Assembly (NCBI GenBank): GCA_029979265.1
Contig: JAPOHW010000002.1
Span: forward strand, 24,552-88,551
Reading direction: 5' to 3'
Origin: Actinomycetota bacterium
GTDB taxonomy: Bacteria > Actinomycetota > Acidimicrobiia > Acidimicrobiales > Aldehydirespiratoraceae
Length of the DNA stretch: 64,000 nucleotides
The notes under the pieces are model-generated. The model saw only the letters and a list, made by a program, of their open reading frames with translations, had not been told where the DNA came from and did no database searches. This document shows, piece by piece, positions 35,002-44,068 of the stretch. The translations under genes were made by a program, and so were the position numbers. Within the stretch, counting starts at the first letter, position 1. Every line of letters starts with the position of its first letter.

Positions 35002-36186
35002 GTGCAACTCTTCGACACGGCCCGCGGTGCGGTCGTCCCGTTCGAGCCGGGCCCCGAGGTCCGGATGTATGTCTGTGGCATCACGCCGTACGACTCGACC
35101 CACCTCGGCCATGCGAACACCTACCTCACCTACGATCTCCTGATTCGCCGACTCGAAGATCTCGGCCACTCGGTGAAGCTCGTCCGCAACATCACCGATG
35201 TCGACGACTCGATCCTGCCGAAGGCTCGAGAGCTCGGGGTCGACTTCCTCGAACTTGCGGCGACCGAGACCGCTCGCTTCCATCGCGACATGCAGGCGCT
35301 CAACACCCGACCCGTGTTCGAGGAACCCCATGCGACCAGCTGGGTCACCGAGATGGTCGACCTCATCGAGACGCTCGCCGAGAAAGGCCACACCTACGTC
35401 GTCGACGGAACCGTCTTCTACGACGTGTCGACATTTCCGAGCTTCGGTGCACTCTCCGGTTACGGCGAGGCGACGATGATCGAGTTTGCGGCCGAGCGGG
35501 GTGGGAATCCCGACGACCCGCGGCTGCGCAACCCACTCGACTTCATCCTCTGGCAGCCGTCGCTCGACGACGAGCCGTCTTGGCCGTCCCCGTGGGGCGA
35601 CGGCCGCCCCGGCTGGCACATCGAGTGTTCTGCGATGTCGATGGGGATCCTCGGCCCCACGCTGGATCTCCACGGTGGTGGTTCCGATCTGATCTTCCCC
35701 CACCACGAGTGCAGTCGGGCCCAGAGCGAAGCGGCCAACGGCGTCACCTTCGCCAACCACTGGATGCACACCGGCATGGTTGCCTACCAGGGCACCAAGA
35801 TGTCGAAGTCGCTCGGCAATCTCGTCTTCGTCAGCGAACTGTCGAAGACCCACGACCCTCGGGCCATTCGACTCGCACTCATGGGCCACCACTACCGCTC
35901 CGACTGGGAGTGGTTCGACGACGACATCGCAACCGGAGCCCGGCTCCTCGACCGGTTGCATCATGCCGCCCGGGCGGCGGGTGGCCCTGACCCGGCGGGC
36001 TACGGCACTCGTGTTCGCGATGCGCTCGACGACGATCTCGACGCACCCGCTGCGCTCCACGCGCTGACCGAGCTTGCCGATGCGATCCTCGAGGGCGGGG
36101 ACGACCCAGCTGCCCCTACAGTTTTGGGTGAGCTCGGTGCCCTCGTCGGCATCGACCTTGGCGCCGCCCCGGCACCGCTCGCCTGA
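35002..36186 (+). CDS. mshC: Cysteine:1D-myo-inosityl 2-amino-2-deoxy-alpha-D-glucopyranoside ligase (mycothiol ligase)
   Basis: CysRS paralogue of 394 aa without the anticodon-binding C-terminal domain. HIGH-type 'THLGHA', 'WHIECSAM', 'FPHHECSRAQSEA' and 'KMSKS'. GTG start. Confidence 0.75.
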   Translation: MQLFDTARGAVVPFEPGPEVRMYVCGITPYDSTHLGHANTYLTYDLLIRRLEDLGHSVKLVRNITDVDDSILPKARELGVDFLELAATETARFHRDMQALNTRPVFEEPHATSWVTEMVDLIETLAEKGHTYVVDGTVFYDVSTFPSFGALSGYGEATMIEFAAERGGNPDDPRLRNPLDFILWQPSLDDEPSWPSPWGDGRPGWHIECSAMSMGILGPTLDLHGGGSDLIFPHHECSRAQSEAANGVTFANHWMHTGMVAYQGTKMSKSLGNLVFVSELSKTHDPRAIRLALMGHHYRSDWEWFDDDIATGARLLDRLHHAARAAGGPDPAGYGTRVRDALDDDLDAPAALHALTELADAILEGGDDPAAPTVLGELGALVGIDLGAAPAPLA

Positions 36187-36211
36187 ATCCCGAACCAGAG
36201 AGAGTCCGACC

Positions 36212-37591
36212 GTGATCCGCCTCTTCGACACGCTCACCGGTGCCGTCCGTCCGCTCGCGCAACGCGACGAGGGCAAGGTCTCGCTGTATGCGTGCGGGCC
36301 GACGGTCTACGACCATCCGCACCTGGGGCACGCCCGGCAAGCCATGACCTATGACTTCATGCGCCGCTACTTCGAATGGCGTGGGCTCGAGGTTCACCAC
36401 GCCGCCAACGTCACCGACATCGACGACAACATCATCAACCGCGCCAAGCGGGAAGGTTCCACCGAGTCCGCGGTCGCAGCCGAGTGGAAGGCGGTCTACG
36501 ACGAGGCGATCTTCGAACGGCTCAACATCCTCCGTCCTCACGACCGTCCCCACGCCACCGAATTCGTCGCCCAGATGGTCGAGTTCATCGAGACCCTCGT
36601 CGACAACGGCACGGCATACGCCAACGAGTCCGGGGTGTACCTCCGCGTCCATCTCGTCGAGGGGTACGGCGATCTTGTGCACCGCTCGCTCGAAGAACTC
36701 CGTGAGGGTGCCGGTGCACGCGTCGATGTCGACGACAACAAGGAGGACCCACTCGACTTTGCGCTGTGGAAAGCGGCAAAGCCGGGGGAACCGGTATGGC
36801 CCTCGCCGTGGGGTGATGGTCGGCCCGGTTGGCACATCGAGTGCGTGGCGATGAGTCTCGGGATCCTCGGAGACGGCTTCGACCTTCACGGCGGCGGGAC
36901 CGATCTCGCCTTCCCCCACCACACCAATGAGCGGGCCGAGGCGATTGCAGCAGGTCGCGACTTCGCTCAACACTGGGTCCACAACGCGATGCTCAACATC
37001 GGCGGTGAGAAGATGTCGAAGTCCCTCGGCAACTACACCACGATCGGCGCGTTGCTCGACGAGCACCCCGACAACGGTCGAGCGCTCCGATTGGCCCTCC
37101 TGCAGACGCACTACCGCAAGGTGATGGAGCTCAACCCCGCGGTGATGGAGCAGGCCCGCGAGGGGGTCAAACGCCTCGACGCCATGGCGCGCAAGGCGAC
37201 GTCGGCCGGTGTGCCCCTCGACGGGCCCGAACGCGATACCGGTGCCATCACCGCGTTCACGACCGCTATGGATGACGACCTCGGTACCCCAGAGGGAGTC
37301 GCCACCATGTTCGAGACGATCCGCCGGGCCAACGCTGCCCTCGACGTCGGCGACGACACGGCTGGGGCGCTGGTCGCGACCGCGGTCGAGCTTGCCGAAG
37401 CAATGGGTCTCGAGGTGCAGCGGACCAAGCCGACCGGCGACGACACCGACATCGATGCCCTCGTTGTGGCCCGAACCCAGGCTCGTGCCGAGAAAGACTT
37501 TGTAGAAGCCGATCGCATCCGCGACGAACTCACTGCGCTCGGGATCACGGTCGAGGACACCCCCAACGGACCGATCTGGCATCGTTCCTAG
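36212..37591 (+). CDS. cysS: Cysteine--tRNA ligase
   Basis: 459 aa. 'PHLGHA', 'WHIECVAM', '[11 protein letters not shown]' and 'KMSKSLGN', plus a C-terminal helical (anticodon/DALR-like) domain. GTG start 25 nt after mshC. Confidence 0.85.
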   Translation: MIRLFDTLTGAVRPLAQRDEGKVSLYACGPTVYDHPHLGHARQAMTYDFMRRYFEWRGLEVHHAANVTDIDDNIINRAKREGSTESAVAAEWKAVYDEAIFERLNILRPHDRPHATEFVAQMVEFIETLVDNGTAYANESGVYLRVHLVEGYGDLVHRSLEELREGAGARVDVDDNKEDPLDFALWKAAKPGEPVWPSPWGDGRPGWHIECVAMSLGILGDGFDLHGGGTDLAFPHHTNERAEAIAAGRDFAQHWVHNAMLNIGGEKMSKSLGNYTTIGALLDEHPDNGRALRLALLQTHYRKVMELNPAVMEQAREGVKRLDAMARKATSAGVPLDGPERDTGAITAFTTAMDDDLGTPEGVATMFETIRRANAALDVGDDTAGALVATAVELAEAMGLEVQRTKPTGDDTDIDALVVARTQARAEKDFVEADRIRDELTALGITVEDTPNGPIWHRS

Positions 37592-38677
37592 GTGACGATC
37601 CTCGAACCCGTCCCCCTCGACCAGCTCCCGACCCTGCCATCCCAGCCGGCGGGAGTGCCATGGCCGACAAGGGATTGGCCTACCGGGTCACTCCCTGCGC
37701 GCGTCGACCCCGCCGAACTGGAGGCGCTCATCGATCGCGCCTTCGGACCTGAGCCCGACGCCGGTTTTGGCGCATCGCACGCGCTCGTCGTCGTGCACGA
37801 AGGTCGTATCGTCGCCGAGCGATACGGGCTCGACAGCGGTCCGGACACTCCGCTGCTGTCATGGTCGATGGCCAAAAGCGTCATCCATGCGCTGGTCGGG
37901 ATCCTGGTCCAGGACGGACGGCTCGACCCGGCAGCGTGTGCGCCAATCGACGCATGGCAGGGCGCTTGCGATCCCCGCGCCCGTATCACCCTGCAACACC
38001 TGCTCCGGATGACAGACGGGCTCGAATTCAACGAGGACTACGCCCTTCCGTCCAACGACACCGACCCGAGCGACGCTCGATGGAGCCACTGCATCGACAT
38101 GCTGTTCGGGAGCGGTATGGACGACGTTGCCGGCTACGCGATCGATCGGCCTGCTCGCCATGAGCCAGGTGCCGTTTTCAACTACTCGTCGGGCACATCG
38201 AACATCATCGCCCGAATCATCGGCAACGAACTTGGCGGCAACTCGGAGCGAGTCCGATCGTTCATGCACGATCGACTGTTCCAGCCGATCGGCATCCGAA
38301 CCGCCGACCCGAGCTTCGACGCAGCCGGCACCTTCGTCGGCTCGTCGTATCTCCACATGACCGCACGCGACTGGGCTCGCTTCGGCCTCCTCTACCTCCG
38401 CGGTGGGGAATGGGACGGCGAGACGATCGTGCCGCGTGCATGGGTGGACGATTGCCGGCGTGCCTGGGCCGTCGACGAGGAGGGCAACAGGTACGGCACC
38501 CACTGGTGGGTCGGTGCCGACGGACGAGGATCGTTCTGGTGCAGCGGTTTCGAGATCCAACGCGTGATCTGCGTGCCAAGCACCGACCTCGTCGTCGTGC
38601 GACTCGGTCGGACTCCCCAGGAGCACTACGACACACCCAAGGTTTGGCTCGAACAGATCATTGCTCTGTTCGACTGA
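37592..38677 (+). CDS. Serine hydrolase (beta-lactamase / class C-like family)
   Basis: The GTG start directly follows the cysS TAG. 'SWSMAKSV' contains the S-x-x-K motif. 361 aa. Confidence 0.7.
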   Translation: MTILEPVPLDQLPTLPSQPAGVPWPTRDWPTGSLPARVDPAELEALIDRAFGPEPDAGFGASHALVVVHEGRIVAERYGLDSGPDTPLLSWSMAKSVIHALVGILVQDGRLDPAACAPIDAWQGACDPRARITLQHLLRMTDGLEFNEDYALPSNDTDPSDARWSHCIDMLFGSGMDDVAGYAIDRPARHEPGAVFNYSSGTSNIIARIIGNELGGNSERVRSFMHDRLFQPIGIRTADPSFDAAGTFVGSSYLHMTARDWARFGLLYLRGGEWDGETIVPRAWVDDCRRAWAVDEEGNRYGTHWWVGADGRGSFWCSGFEIQRVICVPSTDLVVVRLGRTPQEHYDTPKVWLEQIIALFD

Positions 38678-38690
38678 GTTCAAACGGTTG

Positions 38691-38740
38691 CTCCGTGCGG
38701 TCTCCGACCGCGCTACCCCTCCGTGCGGTCTCCGACCGCG
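38691..38740. repeat. Tandem direct duplication (22-bp unit CTCCGTGCGGTCTCCGACCGCG x2, period 28), each copy holding a GCGGTC-TCC-GACCGC hairpin; probable bidirectional terminator
   Basis: Copies at 38691-38712 and 38719-38740. The second copy encodes the last residues of the beta-propeller protein; the first lies just past its stop (38713-38715). Confidence 0.6.
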
Positions 38741-40299
38741 AACACGAAACCGGAGCGAGTGCCGACGATGATCTTCCCGTTCCACAGCGCCGGCGTCGAC
38801 TCGATGCAGCCCCCGAGGTCGATCTCCCACAGCTTCGGTGGTTCGACCATCGTGTCGGAGACATCGAACGCGTGCAGCGCGCCACCACAGTCGCCCTGGA
38901 TCCACACATCATCCACGATGACCGGTGAGGCCCAGGTGGGCCCGACCAGATCGATTCGCCACCGCTCCTCACCGGTAAATCGATCGAGGCCGAGGACGTC
39001 GCCACTGTCGGTCGGCACGATCAACAGGTCGGCATGGAGACCCGGGGTTGCCCACACGCCCGAATCGAGCCTCGGTCGCTGATCGACCCCCCAGACAAGC
39101 GCCTCCTCGGGTGGCTTCGTCGGGTCGAGTTTGATGATCTGACCGACGTCTCGGCTCCGAGCGGTCCCGCGCTCGTACTCGACACCGGCGTAGAGCATGC
39201 CCTCGTCGTCGATCACCAGCGTGGCGTCGGCATCGTCCCCCGCCCAGAACCGGAACACCCGCAGCACATCGAGGTCGTGCTCGAGGCCGGCGAGATCCCA
39301 GCCCTGGATCAGCCCACCGCTGTTCGCGAAGTACACGACATTGCCCGACACGGCGACCGAACTTTCGATCGAAACATTGTTTCCGACCGCCCGGATCAGC
39401 TCGTCGTCCCAGCCGGGTCGGTTGAACACGAGTTCGGGGTCGACCGTGACAGCTCCGTTCTCGTCGTAGCCCCGGTTGAGCTCGACGATGTGGAACTGGG
39501 AGTTCTCACCGCCGATCAACAGATGACCGCGCAGGATCAACCCAGCTCCGTCCCAATCGTTGTTCCACTTGGTGGGGGCAACGTCGTAGGCGTTGAGCGC
39601 CCACAGCTCGCGAGGTTCCTCCCCGTCGAAGGCGATGATTCGGTAGTTGTTGTCGCGGCTCCCGGTGTACAGCAGTGGATAGCCGTCCGGATCGATGGTC
39701 ACCGATCCTTTGATGATGTCGCCGGTTGGGAACGGCGGCAGTTTTGCCCGGCCGGTCTCGAAGTCGAGAAAGTGGACGTTGCGGTCGTATGCGCCGAACG
39801 CAACCCAGGTTTCGCCGTCGCGTTCGAAGACTGCGGGCTGGCCGGTCCACCCCGACCCGCACCAGGTGGTCGCCTCGCCACCAACCGTCGATGTCGAACA
39901 CATCGCTCGATCGGGGTACGACCAGACCACCACCGGGTCCCTGGGCACTGGGCCCCGCCCGTAGAAGGTCCGGGTCGGGTTGCCCCGGAACGTCAACAAC
40001 CCGTCGACCGTCTCCCCGTAGGGCGCACCGACAGAGGCCGGGTCGACCCACCCGAGGTAGGGCCGCGCTGTGGTCGTGGTGCTGGTCGTCGCCGGCATCG
40101 TGGTGGTCGCTGGCATGGTGGTGGTCGCTGGCATGGTCGTCGACGACGCACTGGCCTCGGCGGCCTGCTCGGGGGCATCGATCTCGCCGGCGGCGTTCGG
40201 CCACACCACCGATGCCACGAGCAATGCCAGGGTGAGCGACAACCCCACGATGGCAACCCGGGTGATCCGAGCCGACAGGAATGCCTCGCCGCTGATCAC
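38713..40299 (-). CDS. Membrane-anchored or secreted PQQ-like (BamB-type) beta-propeller repeat protein
   Basis: 528 aa. N-terminal TM 'VAIVGLSLTLALLVASVVW', a Thr/Pro/Met-rich linker, then repeated propeller-like blades ('GGLIQGWDL', 'LVWGVD', 'LHAFDV'). Confidence 0.65.
   Translation of the reverse strand: MISGEAFLSARITRVAIVGLSLTLALLVASVVWPNAAGEIDAPEQAAEASASSTTMPATTTMPATTTMPATTSTTTTARPYLGWVDPASVGAPYGETVDGLLTFRGNPTRTFYGRGPVPRDPVVVWSYPDRAMCSTSTVGGEATTWCGSGWTGQPAVFERDGETWVAFGAYDRNVHFLDFETGRAKLPPFPTGDIIKGSVTIDPDGYPLLYTGSRDNNYRIIAFDGEEPRELWALNAYDVAPTKWNNDWDGAGLILRGHLLIGGENSQFHIVELNRGYDENGAVTVDPELVFNRPGWDDELIRAVGNNVSIESSVAVSGNVVYFANSGGLIQGWDLAGLEHDLDVLRVFRFWAGDDADATLVIDDEGMLYAGVEYERGTARSRDVGQIIKLDPTKPPEEALVWGVDQRPRLDSGVWATPGLHADLLIVPTDSGDVLGLDRFTGEERWRIDLVGPTWASPVIVDDVWIQGDCGGALHAFDVSDTMVEPPKLWEIDLGGCIESTPALWNGKIIVGTRSGFVFAVGDRTEG
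40083..40136 (-). repeat. 18-nt x3 in-frame tandem repeat encoding (TTMPAT)3
   Basis: Plus-strand units: GGTCGTCGCCGGCATCGT, GGTGGTCGCTGGCATGGT, GGTGGTCGCTGGCATGGT. The last two are identical. Confidence 0.8.
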
Positions 40300-41126
40300 A
40301 CGGCGAGGCGTAGCTGACCCACCGTAGGCTCAGGATCGTGCAGACCAGACCGACCCCCAGCAACGGCCGTCTGTTCTGGCGAGGCCTCAGCCGTGCGTGC
40401 GCCGTGTGTGGCCAACGCCGACTCACGCGCCGAGTGGTCGCCCTGAGCGAAACGTGTCCGCGTTGCGGCTTCCGTTTCGAGCGTCAGCCAGGTCACTTCC
40501 TCGGTGCGGTCATCATGAGCACGATCGTCACGTTCGGCCTGATTCTCATCAGCGTCCTTGCCGGTGTGTGGGTGCTGTGGCCCGACGTCGACGCAGTGCG
40601 CCTGTCGATCGTTCCGCTGTGCATCGCCATCGTCGTTCCTGCGGTCCTCCACCCCACCTGCAAGACCCTCTGGGTTGCCATCGACCTCATGATGCGTCCG
40701 CTCGATCCCGGTGAAGCTCTCGGGGATCTCGTCGCCGAGGAACGCCCGACGCAGGAGCGGTGACCGCACCGATGCCACGGCATCGGGGACGTCGCGGCCT
40801 CGCAGAGGGGCCCATTGCATCTGTGGTGCATCGGTTGCTCCGCCCCGCCCATGGTCGGAGTTGGTCGCTGATCCGGGAGCACCGTGCGAACGGGGCCGCG
40901 CCGGAGCAGGGCCGCCCGACACCGCTGTCGACGCACCTCGCCGATCGGTGAGCGTCCAGCCGTTGGGGACCGAGGCTCGCTCGAGGTGCACGGCACAGAG
41001 CGCGGTTCCGTAGCGGTCACCGGTCGGGTCACCAAGCGAGAGCAACTCGACCCGGTGCTCGCCGTAGTGCGACAGCAGGATCCCCGCCTGCTCTCGACCG
41101 CATGTCGGACGCTGACACGACCCCAT
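40296..41126 (-). CDS. DUF3499-family protein with an anomalous ~145-codon C-terminal run-on
   Basis: N-terminal 'MGSCQRPTCGREQAGILLSHYGE...DRYGTALCAVHLERASVPNGWTLTDRR' and '...SPLLRRAF' resemble DUF3499. The first stop in frame is not reached until 40296, after full antisense overlap of the DUF983 gene. Confidence 0.5.
   Translation of the reverse strand: MGSCQRPTCGREQAGILLSHYGEHRVELLSLGDPTGDRYGTALCAVHLERASVPNGWTLTDRRGASTAVSGGPAPARPRSHGAPGSATNSDHGRGGATDAPQMQWAPLRGRDVPDAVASVRSPLLRRAFLGDEIPESFTGIERTHHEVDGNPEGLAGGVEDRRNDDGDAQRNDRQAHCVDVGPQHPHTGKDADENQAERDDRAHDDRTEEVTWLTLETEAATRTRFAQGDHSARESALATHGARTAEASPEQTAVAGGRSGLHDPEPTVGQLRLAV
40338..40763 (+). CDS. DUF983-family zinc-ribbon membrane protein
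   Basis: 'CAVCGQRRL...CPRCGFRFERQPGHFLGAVIM' followed by two hydrophobic helices. GTG start. Confidence 0.7.
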   Translation: MQTRPTPSNGRLFWRGLSRACAVCGQRRLTRRVVALSETCPRCGFRFERQPGHFLGAVIMSTIVTFGLILISVLAGVWVLWPDVDAVRLSIVPLCIAIVVPAVLHPTCKTLWVAIDLMMRPLDPGEALGDLVAEERPTQER

Positions 41127-41229
41127 ATCGCGGAAGGTACCCAAGGGGCCTGACAGCCTCTGGGATCCTCACCACATCTGTGGATAACCACCGCAGAGCC
41201 CCGCAAACGGCCCGAGTTACGCTCGATGC

Positions 41230-41910
41230 ATGATCATCGGGTTCGATGCCGACGACACGCTGTGGCACAACGAAGACGGCTTTCAGGCCAGCCAACGCGA
41301 GTTCGAGGCGCTGCTGGCCGAGTGGGGCGATGCGGACACGATCGAGGATCGACTCTTCGAGATCGAAATGCGCAACATGCCCCGCTACGGCTACGGCGTA
41401 AAGGCGCACACACTGTCGATGATCGAAACAGCGATCGCAGTGTCCGACGGTCAGGCGAACGCAGCCCTCATCGCCGGGATCATCGACATGGGGCACGCCC
41501 TTCTCGATCGACCCGTCGAGTTGCTCGACGGTGTCGTCGAGGTGCTCGACGAGCTTGCCAATCTCACGCTGATGCTCATCACCAAGGGTGACCTCTACCA
41601 CCAGCTGGCTCGCATCGATGCAAGCGGCCTGAAAGAACGGTTCTGGCAGACCGAGGTCGTCGCCCACAAGGACGTTGCGACCTATCGACGCGTGCTCGGT
41701 CTCCACGGTGTCGAACCGGAGCGGTTCGTCATGGTCGGCAACTCCCTGCCCTCCGACGTGCTCCCGGTGATGGCGCTCGGAGGCCGAGCCGTCCACGTGC
41801 CGTACCACGTCACCTGGAGCCACGAACAACACACGGGGGACCACGACGCTCCGGTGATCGAGTCGTTGAGCGACCTCCCTGCCCTCCTGACGGACTGGAG
41901 CATCCGCTGA
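41230..41910 (+). CDS. HAD-superfamily hydrolase
   Basis: Motif I 'IGFDADDTLW', 'LITKGD' and 'MVGNSLPSDV'. Confidence 0.8.
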   Translation: MIIGFDADDTLWHNEDGFQASQREFEALLAEWGDADTIEDRLFEIEMRNMPRYGYGVKAHTLSMIETAIAVSDGQANAALIAGIIDMGHALLDRPVELLDGVVEVLDELANLTLMLITKGDLYHQLARIDASGLKERFWQTEVVAHKDVATYRRVLGLHGVEPERFVMVGNSLPSDVLPVMALGGRAVHVPYHVTWSHEQHTGDHDAPVIESLSDLPALLTDWSIR

Positions 41911-41913
41911 TGT

Positions 41914-42696
41914 TCAGCGCGTTGCGATGATCTGCACCGGAGCGAGGATGCCGCTTCGCAACGCTGCGCCCAGGTTCGTGAACATGGTCTGGAAGTCGGG
42001 TCCCATCACGGTGGCGAGTGACGCAGGGGGCGGACCCTGCTCGGCGGCAGCCGCCGCAGCCCGCAGCGCCATCTCGGTCCGATCGACCGGTGTCGCAGCA
42101 GTGAATCCGGCGGCTTCGAGAGCAGCAAGGTAGGCCGCTGGTGTCTCGACGTGGGCGTGCCCTGGTTGGCTGGCGAAGGGCTGGGGAAGGTCGAAATCGC
42201 CATCGCCCACTCGCATGATGTCGTAGATCGCGAAGCGTTTTCCTGGCGAAAGCAGATCACCGATGGCGGCAAAGAGCGTCCGTTTGTCGGAAACATTCAT
42301 CCCGACATGCATCAACACCGCGGCGGTGACGGTCGGATCGACGGTCAGATTCGTTGCGTCACCCACCACAAACCGCGTGCGGTCGGCGAGTCCGACCGCT
42401 TCCGACAGAGACGCGGCGGCCTCGACGAACGACGGGGTCAGGTCGATACCGGTGACCCGACACCCCGACAGCGTGGCAAACCGACGAGCCGGGCCCCCGA
42501 TCCCGCACCCGATGTCGAGGAGGTGATCATCGGCATCGAGGCCGAGGTCGGCAGCCAGCGCCGCAGTTGCAGCCGCCCCTCCGAGGTGGAACTCGTCGGC
42601 TGGAGCCAGATCGTCGATCCCGATGTCGGTATCGCCGTATGCAGCGAGAATCGTGGCTGCCAGATCGGACACCCGGGTGTAGTGATCGCTGACCAT
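41914..42696 (-). CDS. Class I SAM-dependent methyltransferase
   Basis: Motif I 'LLDIGCGIGGPA'. Start at 'MVSDHYT'; the upstream part of the 425-aa track ORF is discarded. Confidence 0.8.
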   Translation of the reverse strand: MVSDHYTRVSDLAATILAAYGDTDIGIDDLAPADEFHLGGAAATAALAADLGLDADDHLLDIGCGIGGPARRFATLSGCRVTGIDLTPSFVEAAASLSEAVGLADRTRFVVGDATNLTVDPTVTAAVLMHVGMNVSDKRTLFAAIGDLLSPGKRFAIYDIMRVGDGDFDLPQPFASQPGHAHVETPAAYLAALEAAGFTAATPVDRTEMALRAAAAAAEQGPPPASLATVMGPDFQTMFTNLGAALRSGILAPVQIIATR

Positions 42697-42729
42697 GCGC
42701 TGTCCCCCTCGGTCGGGTGCTGGCCTATC

Positions 42730-43128
42730 GTGACCGCAGTGCGCCGTCTCGAAGGACCCGAACTCGCATCGTACGACGTGATCGACGCCGATCTGGCGAA
42801 GCGCGTTCGGATCGTTACCGTCCCGGTGTTGCCCCGTGGCGCCTCCGGGATGACCATCGGTCGTTGGATCTTTCTCAAGGACGACGGTGATCACGACGGC
42901 GACCGAGAACTGATGGCCCACGAACTCGTTCATGTCCGCCAGTACGCCGAGCTCGGCTACATCCGTTTCTCGCTGCGTTACCTGCGGCACTACGCGCTCG
43001 GCCTGCTTCGCCATCGCCACCATCGCGAGGCGTACCTGTCGATACCTGCAGAGGTCGAGGCCAGAGACGACGCCCGCGCCTGGCGGGCCCGGAACGCCGG
43101 CAGCGCCGGTCAGCGGACGGTCTCGTAA
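42730..43128 (+). CDS. Small stand-alone DUF4157-like HExxH metallopeptidase-motif protein
   Basis: 'GMTIGRWIFL...LMAHELVHVRQ' resembles the DUF4157 core. GTG start 33 nt from the divergent methyltransferase start. Confidence 0.5.
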   Translation: MTAVRRLEGPELASYDVIDADLAKRVRIVTVPVLPRGASGMTIGRWIFLKDDGDHDGDRELMAHELVHVRQYAELGYIRFSLRYLRHYALGLLRHRHHREAYLSIPAEVEARDDARAWRARNAGSAGQRTVS

Positions 43129-43214
43129 CGCCCGGCGGGACGAGCAGCGTCGACCCGCCCAACCCTGTGTCGCAGACCAGCACGCGAGCACTGCCAGCGA
43201 CGGGGCTGTCAGGG

Positions 43215-44066
43215 TCAGTAGCTGTAGAACCCTTGGCCGGTCTTGCGCCCGAGTTGGCCGGCGGCAACCATGCGCCGAAGCAGCGGTGGCGGGGCGTAGA
43301 ACGCCTCGTTGTACTCGTCGTGGAGTGACTCGGCGGTCCAGAGCATCACATCGAGGCCGATCATGTCACTCAGCTCGAGTGGGCCCATCGGATGGCCGGC
43401 ACCGAGCTTCATCGCCTCGTCGATGTCGGGCGCCGAGGCGTGGCCGTTCTCGAACATCCGCATCGCCTGGCAGAGGTACGGCACGAGCAACATGTTGACC
43501 ACGAAGCCGGCTCGGTCCTTGCAATGCACAACTCGTTTCCCCAACACGTCGGTGGCGAACGCGTCTGCCGCTGTCCTCGTGGCATCGGACGTTCGTTGTG
43601 TCGAGATGACCTCGACCAACTTCATGACCGTCGCCGGGTTGAAGAAGTGCATCCCGACGACCTTGTCGGCGCGGTCGGTGACCATCGCAACCTCGATGAT
43701 CGGGTAGGACGACGTGTTGGTGGCGATGATCGCCTCGGCGTCGAGGATGCCATCGAGCTCGGTGAAGATCGCCTTCTTGAGGTCGAGGTTCTCCGGTGCG
43801 GCCTCGATGACGAGATCACAGGGGGCAAGATCCGCCATCTCGGTCGTCCAAGTGATGTTGGCTGCAGCGGCAGCGCGCGCTGCGTCGTCGAGCTTGCCTC
43901 GTTCGACGGCCTTGGCCATCGAACCCTCGACCTTGCCCTGCCCGGCCTCGACCGCAGCAGGGTTGATGTCGCGGGCAATCACCGTCACACCGGCCTTTGC
44001 GGCGACCTCGATGATGCCCGACCCCATTGCGCCGGTTCCGATGACCCCGAGCGTGGTGATCGCCAT
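43215..44066 (-). CDS. 3-hydroxyacyl-CoA / 3-hydroxybutyryl-CoA dehydrogenase
   Basis: 'LGVIGTGAMGSGI' Rossmann fold and 'GFVVNMLLVPY'. 283 aa. Confidence 0.85.
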   Translation of the reverse strand: MAITTLGVIGTGAMGSGIIEVAAKAGVTVIARDINPAAVEAGQGKVEGSMAKAVERGKLDDAARAAAAANITWTTEMADLAPCDLVIEAAPENLDLKKAIFTELDGILDAEAIIATNTSSYPIIEVAMVTDRADKVVGMHFFNPATVMKLVEVISTQRTSDATRTAADAFATDVLGKRVVHCKDRAGFVVNMLLVPYLCQAMRMFENGHASAPDIDEAMKLGAGHPMGPLELSDMIGLDVMLWTAESLHDEYNEAFYAPPPLLRRMVAAGQLGRKTGQGFYSY

Positions 44067-44068
44067 GC

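Noticed and set aside
41172-41183. 12-bp palindrome CCACATCTGTGG in the DUF3499/HAD divergent spacer
   Set aside because: Too short to distinguish from chance, and I recognise no matching motif.
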